A program made the translations under genes and the position numbers. A model generated the notes under the pieces. It was not told the origin of the DNA, made no database searches, and was given only the letters and a program-made list of their open reading frames with translations. Shown piece after piece: positions 1 to 8,518 of a DNA stretch of 64,000 bases (position 1 is its first letter; the number at the start of each line of letters is the position of its first letter). Origin of the DNA: Bacteroidota bacterium (GTDB lineage Bacteria > Bacteroidota > Bacteroidia > AKYH767-A > 2013-40CM-41-45); NCBI GenBank assembly GCA_031417395.1, contig JANOVM010000026.1, forward strand, positions 6,567 to 70,566, read 5' to 3'.

Positions 1-1227
1 TACTGTCAACATTCCGTTGAAAGGGTTGGGAGTAACAATCAGGTTAACATTTTCTGACGCAATATTTTTAACTCCTACATTGCCATTAAAATAGAAATAG
101 GTACTATCGCCCGAATCAATTCCTCCAAGAGCATCATAGGACAAATTAGTCTGACTAAGTAAAATACTGGCAATATCATAGGTGTAAAAGTTTTTACTGA
201 ATAACACCCAGGCAATACCGTCCCAGGAATTTGTAGTAGAATTTATTAGCTTGTTGTTTACATCGAATGTATTGGTAGTTCGATTTGAATTATCCCATGC
301 AGTACCTGACCAGGAATTTGATATTGAGCCGATTTGATTGTTATTCACATCATAAGTGTTAGTTATCTGACTTGAGTTTTCCCAGCTGCTGCCATTCCAG
401 ATTTGATCTGTAGAAGTAATTTGGTTATTATTTATGTCGTAAGTGAAATCGACCTGATAAAAATTTACCCATGCTGTACCGTTCCAGTTTTGAAGGGTAT
501 TATGCGTGAGGTTATTGCTAAGGTCGTATGAAGAAACAATTAAAATATTGTTATCCCACGTATTAACGTTCCATAGTTGAGAAGTGGCGCTTGTCTGATT
601 ATTATTGACATCGAAAGTATAGGTAGTTAAAGAAGAATTTTCGAAAGCAACCCCATTCCAAGTTGTAAAAGTAGAACTTGTAAGGTTATTATTTACGTCA
701 TAAGTATTGACAGTTTGTTCTGCATTTTCCCAAACATTGACATTCCATGCTTGTCGTAGTATAACGGTTATGTTATTATTTACATCGAAAGTCTGAGTGA
801 ATTTATCTGAATATACCCATGAAATACCGTCCCAGATCTCTTTTACATAAGAAGTCAAATTATTGTTGACATCATAAATAATGTTTACCTGTTTTTCCTG
901 GTAATTCCACATAGCCGAACCCCATGTCCAGTTGTATATACTATCGAAAGTAACTATAACTGAAGCTGAATTCAGTGTTGAATTATTTTTAGAAGCATAT
1001 AAACTTTCTAAATGCTTTTGCAACTTTGGATTGTTTTCGACTAATTTTTCCAGCCGGAAAATGGCCGATGAATGAATCGTCTCCTGCTTCACAGGTATAA
1101 AATTTTGTGCATGAAGTACTCCATTCCCTAAGGTCAGGACGCTTATTGCAAAAAGTAGTTTGGAGATTCTATAATTTAACTTTGCGGGAATAATTCCCGG
1201 GTTTTCTGTTGTAAATGTTTTGTACAT
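1..1227 (-). CDS. Secreted repeat protein with type IX secretion (T9SS) C-terminal sorting domain, 3' end truncated by window edge
   Basis: Not in the ORF track. ATG at 1227 (MYKTFTTENPG...LLFAISVLTLGNGVLHAQ, signal-peptide-like) is in frame with position 1 and no stop was seen in the segments translated. Nine (Y/F)D(V/I/L)xNN-type repeats are spaced exactly 87 nt (29 aa) apart. The last codons read VTPNPFNGMLTV, the start of a T9SS type A CTD. Confidence 0.85.
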   Translation of the reverse strand, partial: MYKTFTTENPGIIPAKLNYRISKLLFAISVLTLGNGVLHAQNFIPVKQETIHSSAIFRLEKLVENNPKLQKHLESLYASKNNSTLNSASVIVTFDSIYNWTWGSAMWNYQEKQVNIIYDVNNNLTSYVKEIWDGISWVYSDKFTQTFDVNNNITVILRQAWNVNVWENAEQTVNTYDVNNNLTSSTFTTWNGVAFENSSLTTYTFDVNNNQTSATSQLWNVNTWDNNILIVSSYDLSNNLTHNTLQNWNGTAWVNFYQVDFTYDINNNQITSTDQIWNGSSWENSSQITNTYDVNNNQIGSISNSWSGTAWDNSNRTTNTFDVNNKLINSTTNSWDGIAWVLFSKNFYTYDIASILLSQTNLSYDALGGIDSGDSTYFYFNGNVGVKNIASENVNLIVTPNPFNGMLTV

Positions 1228-1312
1228 TTTTTTATTCTTTAGGTGTTTTGATTTTTTATTTATTGCAATTTTCAAATATACTAAAAACCATTCAATTTTC
1301 AAATAATGCATA

Positions 1313-2419
1313 CTATTTCTTAAGCAAATCAAACAATCGAGTATTAATATATAGCGTTTCTTTCCAAACTTGTTTGGAGCGAAGCACTTTAATTTTTTCA
1401 AGTTCTTTTAAATACTTGGAGGCTGTGATCCTGGAAATTCCAAAACGTTCGGTCAGGTATTCGTTTTTACAATAGGGTTGTTCAAATAGCAATTCTATTA
1501 ATTCTTTACTGTATGATTTGGGTGCTTTTTTCTTTACAAGCTCTTGTGTTTTAATAAACAGTTTGCTAATCTCTTTCACGTGTGCAATGGTTTCATTGGA
1601 TGTTTGCTCTATTCCTTTTAAAACAAAAAGAACCCATCCTTCCCAATTGTCTTTTGTTCTCACTTCCTGTAACAATCGATAATAATCAGCTTTGTTATTA
1701 ATGATGTAAACACTTAAATACAATATAGGACTATCAAGCAACCCATTTAGTATAAGATAAAGAACATTAATAATCCTGCCTGTACGACCGTTACCATCAT
1801 AAAATGGATGTATACTTTCAAATTGGTAGTGTTGTACTGCCATTTTTATTAAAGGAGAAATATCATCATCTTGATTCAGATACTTTTCGAAGTTATTCAT
1901 CAATCGGTTAATGTTATCGATATTGTCAGGAGGTGTATAAATTACTTTTCCCGAAGCTGCATTCCGTAAAGCTGTTCCGGGCAGCTTCCGAATACCGGCT
2001 GTGTTTTCTTCCAGTATTTTTTGAATTTCAATAATTGAATTGGAGCTTAAAAAACCTTTTTTCTTGATAAAGCGAAAGCCAAACTGCATCGCTTCACGGT
2101 AGCGCAATACTTCTTTGGTAGCACTATCTATTTGTAAGCCTTTTGAAGATAGAGCCTGATATAATTTATCCTGCGTAGTTATTACATTCTCAATTTCAGA
2201 ACTGGCACTTGCTTCTTTTAAAATTACAGCATTCAATAAAATATCGGGATTGGGTAAAATCTTGGCGAGACCTTTTAATTCAGCTAAGGCTACAGAAGAT
2301 TTTACAAGCTGGCGAAGCACTTTTACCGACTCAATCTTACCTTTTTCGGGAGGTAAAAAAGGAAGGTTATTAAAGGGTTTTTCACTATCCGATTTTTTAT
2401 TTGAGGTCTTTTTTGTCAT
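1313..2419 (-). CDS. Fic-domain protein (AMP transferase) with N-terminal inhibitory helix and C-terminal HTH
   Basis: Fic motif HPFYDGNGRTGR; inhibitory (S/T)xxxE(G/N) motif SSEIEN; C-terminal helix-turn-helix-like ISRITASKYLKEL. Confidence 0.93.
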   Translation of the reverse strand: MTKKTSNKKSDSEKPFNNLPFLPPEKGKIESVKVLRQLVKSSVALAELKGLAKILPNPDILLNAVILKEASASSEIENVITTQDKLYQALSSKGLQIDSATKEVLRYREAMQFGFRFIKKKGFLSSNSIIEIQKILEENTAGIRKLPGTALRNAASGKVIYTPPDNIDNINRLMNNFEKYLNQDDDISPLIKMAVQHYQFESIHPFYDGNGRTGRIINVLYLILNGLLDSPILYLSVYIINNKADYYRLLQEVRTKDNWEGWVLFVLKGIEQTSNETIAHVKEISKLFIKTQELVKKKAPKSYSKELIELLFEQPYCKNEYLTERFGISRITASKYLKELEKIKVLRSKQVWKETLYINTRLFDLLKK

Positions 2420-2510
2420 GTAAAGTAATTATACCTGATGTTTTTCTCATGTAAAGATAATGATAAAATTTATACATGATAAAGGTCTCATGTATAAAAT
2501 CTATACATGA
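2416..2510. promoter_or_regulatory. Cluster of palindromic boxes TCATGTA(T/A)A-N5-TATAC(A/C)TGA upstream of and overlapping the fic start codon
   Basis: Perfect 9-bp inverted repeat TCATGTATA-AAATC-TATACATGA at 2488-2510; degenerate copy at 2416-2438 over the ATG; half-sites at 2447-2455 and 2471-2479. An operator role is inferred. Confidence 0.6.
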
Positions 2511-2654
2511 TAAAAGAGGGAAGCGCTGCGGGAATTGGTTAGCGTTAGAAGGGATTCAACCGGGGGATTTAGAAGGGTCACTTTACAGTACATAATTCGA
2601 AAACAAAGCTCGAAAAATATTCGTCGAAGGTTTTACAAGTTCTTTTCAAGAAAA

Positions 2655-3849
2655 TCAATACAAAAGTCCAAACATCCATAATGGAATTTCACTACCCACG
2701 GGATATTCAAGGTCATCCTTTACAACTCTGGCATTTTTTACACCTGAAATTTGTTTTTTTGTTTTGTTTTTGCCACCTATATCAAAGGTATATTTGTTAT
2801 CAATAATAAAATCACCCTGTTTCGGTATTTGAACTTTTCCGACTGCTAGTACCTGTGACAAAAAGAATGTTTCGCGCAGGTTACCCATCTCAACCTGTTC
2901 TTCGGCAAGAGCAAAAAGTAAATTGGTATTGTTAAGATAAATTTTTTCAGGTTTTTGCAGGGTTGTTGTGCTTTTTCCTGCCGGTTGGAGCAGGGTAATA
3001 AGTTTGGCTTGCTCCAGATAGTGAAGATAATTGTTGAGTGAATTTCTATGGATGTTCGTTTTAGCCGCCAGAGCCACTATATTGGGTTTAAACGGAACCT
3101 GTTGTGCAATCACATATATTAACTGCAATACTTTTTTGGCATTGCGAATGTCAAAGTCTTTTAACTCAGCCATATCGTATTCAACAATGGTTCTGATTAA
3201 CTGATTAATTTTGCGGTGAACAGATTCACTGTCTTCCATCATGAAAGGGTAGTATCCTGTTTGAAGATACTCATTGAAAAACTCTAAAGGTCGAAACGAA
3301 CCGGTTAATTGTATTTTATAACCGGCTACATCTTTCATAAGTTTTTCCATTGACAAGGCCGGAATTTCAATGCTATGTTTGAGTAGAAGGAATTCACGAA
3401 ATGAAAGTCCGGGCAATTCGTAAATAATAGCTCTTCTGCTCAAGTCACCCTGTTGCCTGCTAATGTCAATAATTAAAGATCCGGTAAATATTATTTTTAA
3501 ATCAGCATAGAGGTCGTACAAATTTTTTATTTCTGCCGACCAATTTTTGTATTTATGCACTTCATCTAAAACCAGTATTTTCCCTCCCTGTTTATGAAAT
3601 TGAGCTGCTGTTTCTTTCAGACTGTTATTCGTAAAGTACATATCGTCCATTGAAAAATAAACAGCTTTGGAGGATGGCAGGTTTTGCATTTTCAACCATT
3701 GCAAAACCAGGGTTGTTTTACCTGTACCTCTCTGGCCCTTAATTCCAATCAGACGGTTTTTCCATTTAATCTCATGAATGAGATATCGCTTGAAGTCCAG
3801 TGATGTATTACTTAGAAAGGTAATCAGACTGTTCAAAGAGTGTTTTCAT
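2655..3849 (-). pseudogene. AAA_14 ATPase + DUF4143 protein with an apparent +1 frameshift near its 5' end
   Basis: Walker A GQRGTGKT, Walker B LVLDEVH and DUF4143-like KPEKIYLNNTNLL. The ATG at 3849 gives MKTLFEQSDYL then SK-stop; removing one T at about 3816-3818 joins it to the long ORF (LSNTSLDFKRYL). It could also be a sequencing error. Confidence 0.7.
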
Positions 3850-3934
3850 TTGCACTTTCGTTTGTGCAAATATTCTATAATATGCACTTTAAGTTGTACA
3901 TATTATTAATTAAAATGCACATTATGATGTGCAT
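3849..3934. promoter_or_regulatory. Three tandem palindromic boxes TGCAC-N8-GT(G/A)CA upstream of the AAA gene
   Basis: Boxes at 3851-3868, 3883-3900 and 3916-3933 (32-33 bp period); the first, extended to TTTGCAC, touches the start codon. Confidence 0.65.
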
Positions 3935-3965
3935 ATATTGAATTTTTTAGAAAAAGGGGGTTTGT

Positions 3966-4283
3966 TTATCCAATTTTACGCTTCACATGAATAATTTCCC
4001 CGGAATCGCATTGCAGTACATCATTTTTTTTGAAGACTTGAATGGAAAATATTTTTTTCCGTGCTTCAAAATTCATTACTTCAAACATGATATCTGTAAA
4101 AAAGGAGATTGCATCGAAACATTCATCGTCTTTTATCCAATTGGCTTTAAGTTGGAAAAAATAAGAAGTTGAAGAATCTCCCGGGTAAGCTTCCTTCAAG
4201 CAATATTCAGAAACCGGTTTGTTTTGTGCAGAGCATTGATCAATAAATTTATTAATTTCCAGTTTTAATTCATTTCTATCCAT
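3966..4283 (-). CDS. Small hypothetical protein, probable partner of the upstream HEPN gene
   Basis: 105-aa ORF overlapping the HEPN gene by 19 nt, consistent with translational coupling; no family recognised. Confidence 0.7.
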   Translation of the reverse strand: MDRNELKLEINKFIDQCSAQNKPVSEYCLKEAYPGDSSTSYFFQLKANWIKDDECFDAISFFTDIMFEVMNFEARKKIFSIQVFKKNDVLQCDSGEIIHVKRKIG

Positions 4284-4723
4284 TTCAATATACCCTTTTC
4301 ATTTTCCAACAATTCCAGTAATTCTTTACATTCATTTTCGCCGATTGATCCACACGGTTTATATCTTAATTCTTCAGACCATCTTTGAAAAAAAGTAGAG
4401 CTTCCCAAAGATAACGATTTTTCAGAGGCTTTGTCAATATCGAATTTCTCTTTTAATCCGGAAAATATTAAAAGAGTTAAAAGATTATGAGTTTTTACGG
4501 CTTTTCGAACTTCGTTTATCCCTCCAATATCCTTGAGTTTGGACTCATCCGTTGTAAATAAGTTCGGTACCCCAAATCGTCTGCAAATTTTTGCTTTTAA
4601 GGCCAATTCAATTGAATACCCGGATAAATAAAATGCCCCATCAAATTTTCCGGCATGGAATAAAATCCTGGCTTCCTCAATTCTAGTTTTCACTAATTCT
4701 TCAATTTGTTCAGGAGAATCCAT
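4265..4723 (-). CDS. HEPN-superfamily protein
   Basis: HEPN-like helical signature EEARILFHAGKFDGAFYLSGYSIELALKAKI, followed by KTHNLLTLL and WSEELRY motifs. Confidence 0.75.
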   Translation of the reverse strand: MDSPEQIEELVKTRIEEARILFHAGKFDGAFYLSGYSIELALKAKICRRFGVPNLFTTDESKLKDIGGINEVRKAVKTHNLLTLLIFSGLKEKFDIDKASEKSLSLGSSTFFQRWSEELRYKPCGSIGENECKELLELLENEKGILKWIEMN

Positions 4724-4916
4724 TCCGTATCAATAAAAGCTTGCACGAAATACCATGATGATAATGCGCAATACTGTGTTTCAAAAATATTAAAAGATAC
4801 GCTGAATAAAATTTACTATAAGCGGAGAAGTGAATGAATGTTGGGTTCTTTTTTTCATACAAAACCTTAAAAAAATATTCTCTTTTTATTTGTCAAGCTA
4901 AGAAATTGATAATTAT

Positions 4917-4956
4917 TATTCATGATAAACTTTTCATGTATAAAATCTATACATGA
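4917..4956. repeat. Second copy of the fic-upstream palindrome segment
   Basis: 36/40 identical to 2471-2510, including the exact 23-bp palindrome at 4934-4956. Confidence 0.85.
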
Positions 4957-5031
4957 GAATTTTAGAAAACGCTTCGGGATTAGGTTAAAATAAACATTTA
5001 TTCACTAGAGTTCAATTAAATTTTAGGGGAG

Positions 5032-5049
5032 TTATTTTCCAATACATAA
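5032..5049 (-). repeat. Degenerate copy of the last 18 bp of mnmE (att-like site)
   Basis: Minus strand TTATGTATTGGAAAATAA versus mnmE end TTCTGTATTGGGAAGTAA (13348-13365): 15/18 identical, same orientation, still reads CIGK-stop. Confidence 0.6.
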
Positions 5050-5281
5050 TATAACTAATGGTAAAATTTGTCGTAAAATTATAATTTAATAACTATTCTT
5101 TTAAGTGGGATACATTATGGATACAAAATACAATGAAATTGTAATTTCGGTTTATAAATTCTATTAATGATTTTATTTCAAATAATGGTTTTTGGACTGC
5201 GTCCTTTCAAACATATTTACGACTATTTTAAATTAAAACAATGAATTTGTAGAATTTATAAAAAAAAAGTAAATTGCGTGA

Positions 5282-6727
5282 ATGGACCAGGAACAATTTG
5301 AAGCATTAAAGCGTGATAGGGAAATAAGTAAATTAGACGAGGAGATTAGAAAATTACAGCTTGAATCTAATGATTTAAATAAAAATTCTTTTAGAAAGAA
5401 TTGGTTACAGCCTATTTCAATATCAATAATTTTATCTGCCTTAACTTTTATGTGGTCAACATGGAAATCAGTAAAATATGATACAGCATCAGTTATTTCT
5501 GAAAAATATGAACTTTCTAAAAAAGTTGATTCATTGCATGCTGAGGAAGCCAAAATTATTGATACTTTAAATAATATGAATAAAAAATTATTTTTTTATT
5601 CAACAAAAATACACTACCAAGAATCAAAAATAAATGATTTAAATAAAAATTATTTATTATCAGTAAACAATTTTAAAAATGCAAAAAGCAATCTTTCTAG
5701 AGCTGAATATTTATTGCTTGTAAAAAGGGTTGATGTTTCTTTGGATGATATAAAAGAATCGTTATCTAAGAATGACCCTAATTCTTATTTTAACATTGAC
5801 CAAGCAATGAATTATATTTCACAATTCCCGCATTTTAATATTTCAATACAAAAGCGAATTAAAGATCGAATTCGAAACGAGTTTATTATTAATTCTAATT
5901 TATTGATCAAAATTTATGGTGTTAGAATTATGAGTTTATTTGTTAACAACGAATACACTTTGGAATGGAATAAATTAGCAATTCATTATATTGATAGTTC
6001 TTTTACTAGTAGATCTATTTGGTTTGATGATAATATTAAGAATGAATATTTATTCGGACCAAGATTGATTACTGATTCGATTTATGTTGAGTCTATTATT
6101 GATTTACTTAAGAGAATTCAAACTTTCGAAAAGAGTCCTTTAATAAATAATTTAATCAACTACGTATCAATTTATTTTAATTTATCTAATTTTTCAACTG
6201 AGACATCGGATAGGATATATAAAAAATATATTGGTTACTTAATGATTTTGGCAGACGTACAGCATCAAGGCTATTTTGGATCAACATATCCATATTATAA
6301 TGGTATCGATGAGAATGAAAAATTAACTAATTGTTTAGACCTTAATTGTTTTCAAATTATGGCTTCATATTTTATTAAAGATGTACATGAATTTTACATC
6401 AAAAAGAATGAATACGTACTTTATAATATTAAAAAATTTATTTCAAAATACTATGAGCCAACCAATGTTCCGAGAGGTGCAGATACTTATTTTTTTGAGA
6501 GACAAAATTGTTTATCAAATTATTTTCGTGGTTATAATATAGAGCCACCAACAAATGACCAATTAATTCAAATAGGGCGTGATACAAATTTGATTTCCTC
6601 CTTTATTATGTTATTCCACAAACCAAATTGGGATGAGAAAATTAATATTTGGACTGATCCCAAATTAACATATTTTATTGAAAATAAAATTAAGCTTAGG
6701 GAAAAAATAAGGTCTAGTAATTTTTAA
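5282..6727 (+). CDS. Hypothetical protein with one N-terminal hydrophobic segment and coiled-coil-like regions
   Basis: 481-aa ORF in very AT-rich DNA; hydrophobic stretch WLQPISISIILSALTFMWSTW; no family recognised. Confidence 0.75.
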   Translation: MDQEQFEALKRDREISKLDEEIRKLQLESNDLNKNSFRKNWLQPISISIILSALTFMWSTWKSVKYDTASVISEKYELSKKVDSLHAEEAKIIDTLNNMNKKLFFYSTKIHYQESKINDLNKNYLLSVNNFKNAKSNLSRAEYLLLVKRVDVSLDDIKESLSKNDPNSYFNIDQAMNYISQFPHFNISIQKRIKDRIRNEFIINSNLLIKIYGVRIMSLFVNNEYTLEWNKLAIHYIDSSFTSRSIWFDDNIKNEYLFGPRLITDSIYVESIIDLLKRIQTFEKSPLINNLINYVSIYFNLSNFSTETSDRIYKKYIGYLMILADVQHQGYFGSTYPYYNGIDENEKLTNCLDLNCFQIMASYFIKDVHEFYIKKNEYVLYNIKKFISKYYEPTNVPRGADTYFFERQNCLSNYFRGYNIEPPTNDQLIQIGRDTNLISSFIMLFHKPNWDEKINIWTDPKLTYFIENKIKLREKIRSSNF

Positions 6728-6733
6728 AAATAC

Positions 6734-7576
6734 TTATCGGTTTTTCTTTTTTGCTGGCAATGGAAAATTAAATTTTACATCTTTTATTGAAACTATTTCT
6801 AAAACATTTTCTGCTTTTATAACATGTGTTGAACTATCCATCAAATCATACACAAAATAAAATTCAGGTGTGTTTCCAATAAAATAGGATGTGCTATGTT
6901 CGGGATATACTTTAATTAGGTCTTTAAAATCTGTACATACAAGTTTTATAGATCTACTGTTTGGGTTATGCATTTTTATTAATGCTGGAATTGTTGCTGT
7001 AGCTGGATATATAATCAATGCGATAAATATAAAAAGCCCATAACTGTAAATATATTTTGTAATCGGTTTGTTTTCTATTACTATTCTATGTTTTAATCTA
7101 TAGAATGAATATAATATTGCTCCATCAAATAACCATAAGTAAAATAATGGTGTTCCTTCTGGATAAAAATATATCAATATTAGAGCAGCGCCAATTATTA
7201 AAAGTAATAATAACATTCTGATTTTCCTACCCCAAATTCTATTAAATCGAATCTGACATATATTTTTTGCACGTTGTTTAGGTGTTAATACTTTATGATC
7301 TGGTTCAGGTGCAGGAAAGAAAGCATTCATTATTACGTCAAAAAAAACACTAAACAATTGACCTGCTAATAACATAGATATTATCCAAGTTGCCGCAGAA
7401 CCAAGAAAAGCAGAAAACAGAAAACTGATATTCAGGTATGGAACAATATCAAACTGAAAGTATTTGTAATATACTATCTGTTTACAGGCTTCTAAAATTA
7501 ATAATGTAATACTATAGATTGGAATTGCTTGTAAAAGTGTTTCCAATTTAAAGCCTTTATCATCTGAACCTGTCAT
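6734..7576 (-). CDS. Unknown multi-pass membrane protein (paralog B)
   Basis: 280 aa with several hydrophobic segments; shares N- and C-terminal motifs with 7591-8451. Confidence 0.75.
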   Translation of the reverse strand: MTGSDDKGFKLETLLQAIPIYSITLLILEACKQIVYYKYFQFDIVPYLNISFLFSAFLGSAATWIISMLLAGQLFSVFFDVIMNAFFPAPEPDHKVLTPKQRAKNICQIRFNRIWGRKIRMLLLLLIIGAALILIYFYPEGTPLFYLWLFDGAILYSFYRLKHRIVIENKPITKYIYSYGLFIFIALIIYPATATIPALIKMHNPNSRSIKLVCTDFKDLIKVYPEHSTSYFIGNTPEFYFVYDLMDSSTHVIKAENVLEIVSIKDVKFNFPLPAKKKNR

Positions 7577-7590
7577 ATTAGTATTATTTT

Positions 7591-8451
7591 CTATTGAATC
7601 ACTTCTTTAACTCTATCCTTCTTTAGAACTCTCACAGTTAAGAGCTTTTCATCATACACAAAATAGTATTCCGAGGTATTTCCTATATAGTAAATTTCAC
7701 TTCTTGGTTTAATTATTTCATCTTCAAGAATTAATTCAGTTATTCTATAGATCGGTTTATATTTATACGAAAAGTATTCAAAAGCAATATCATTTATAGA
7801 AATTATTAGAAATGTAAGAAGAAGTATTTTCAATGATAGTCGTCGCATCATATAAAATATTTTATCTACCAATAGTTGATACTGCTTTGTCGAAGCTTTC
7901 ACAATTCGAACTTTCCTTTCAGTTTGTTCCATTTGTTCTAACAGATTTTCAGGAACATCTTTTGTTGCAGCAGTTATTTTCTGTTCGTTTATCATTGCAA
8001 CCATTTCTTCTACCTGATGTTTCTGTTTTATATATTTGGGAAATGCTGTCAAATATAATTTTATTATTGACATACCATTTTTACTTAATCCCCACAAGAA
8101 ACTGAATAGAATTAAATATGTAATGTAAATTGTAGAGTTTAGAATTTTTATAGAAAGTAAACTTAGTGATATAAATACTAAACCATCTACATGTTTCAGC
8201 AATTTATATTTATTTTTCCTTTCAGAAAATTCCTTAGCCATTTCTGATAACACAATGACAAATATGTAAACAGCCATTATAAGTACATACCTGCTTACAT
8301 CATATAAAAAGAATAGTAGAAGATCGGAAATTGTTACATAAGGTATAATATTAAACCCAAACAAAGAATAATATCCAACAAGTTTAACCGCTTCGAATAA
8401 AATAAAGGTAGCAGAAAATAAAGGAATTGATTTAGTTAGTTTTTCTAACAT
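7591..8451 (-). CDS. Unknown multi-pass membrane protein (paralog A)
   Basis: 286 aa with several hydrophobic segments; C-terminal YYIGNTSEYYFVYD versus YFIGNTPEFYFVYD in paralog B. Confidence 0.75.
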   Translation of the reverse strand: MLEKLTKSIPLFSATFILFEAVKLVGYYSLFGFNIIPYVTISDLLLFFLYDVSRYVLIMAVYIFVIVLSEMAKEFSERKNKYKLLKHVDGLVFISLSLLSIKILNSTIYITYLILFSFLWGLSKNGMSIIKLYLTAFPKYIKQKHQVEEMVAMINEQKITAATKDVPENLLEQMEQTERKVRIVKASTKQYQLLVDKIFYMMRRLSLKILLLTFLIISINDIAFEYFSYKYKPIYRITELILEDEIIKPRSEIYYIGNTSEYYFVYDEKLLTVRVLKKDRVKEVIQ

Positions 8452-8518
8452 TATTTTTTTAATTCAAGGCAAATTTCACACTCTGTGGGGTATTCTTTGG
8501 TATTAATTAATGTTGGGG

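Noticed and set aside
1177-1184. TAACTTTG -7-like box on the + strand inside the first gene
   Set aside because: A single 8-mer with two free positions arises often by chance in AT-rich DNA; no supporting -33 box or transcript evidence.
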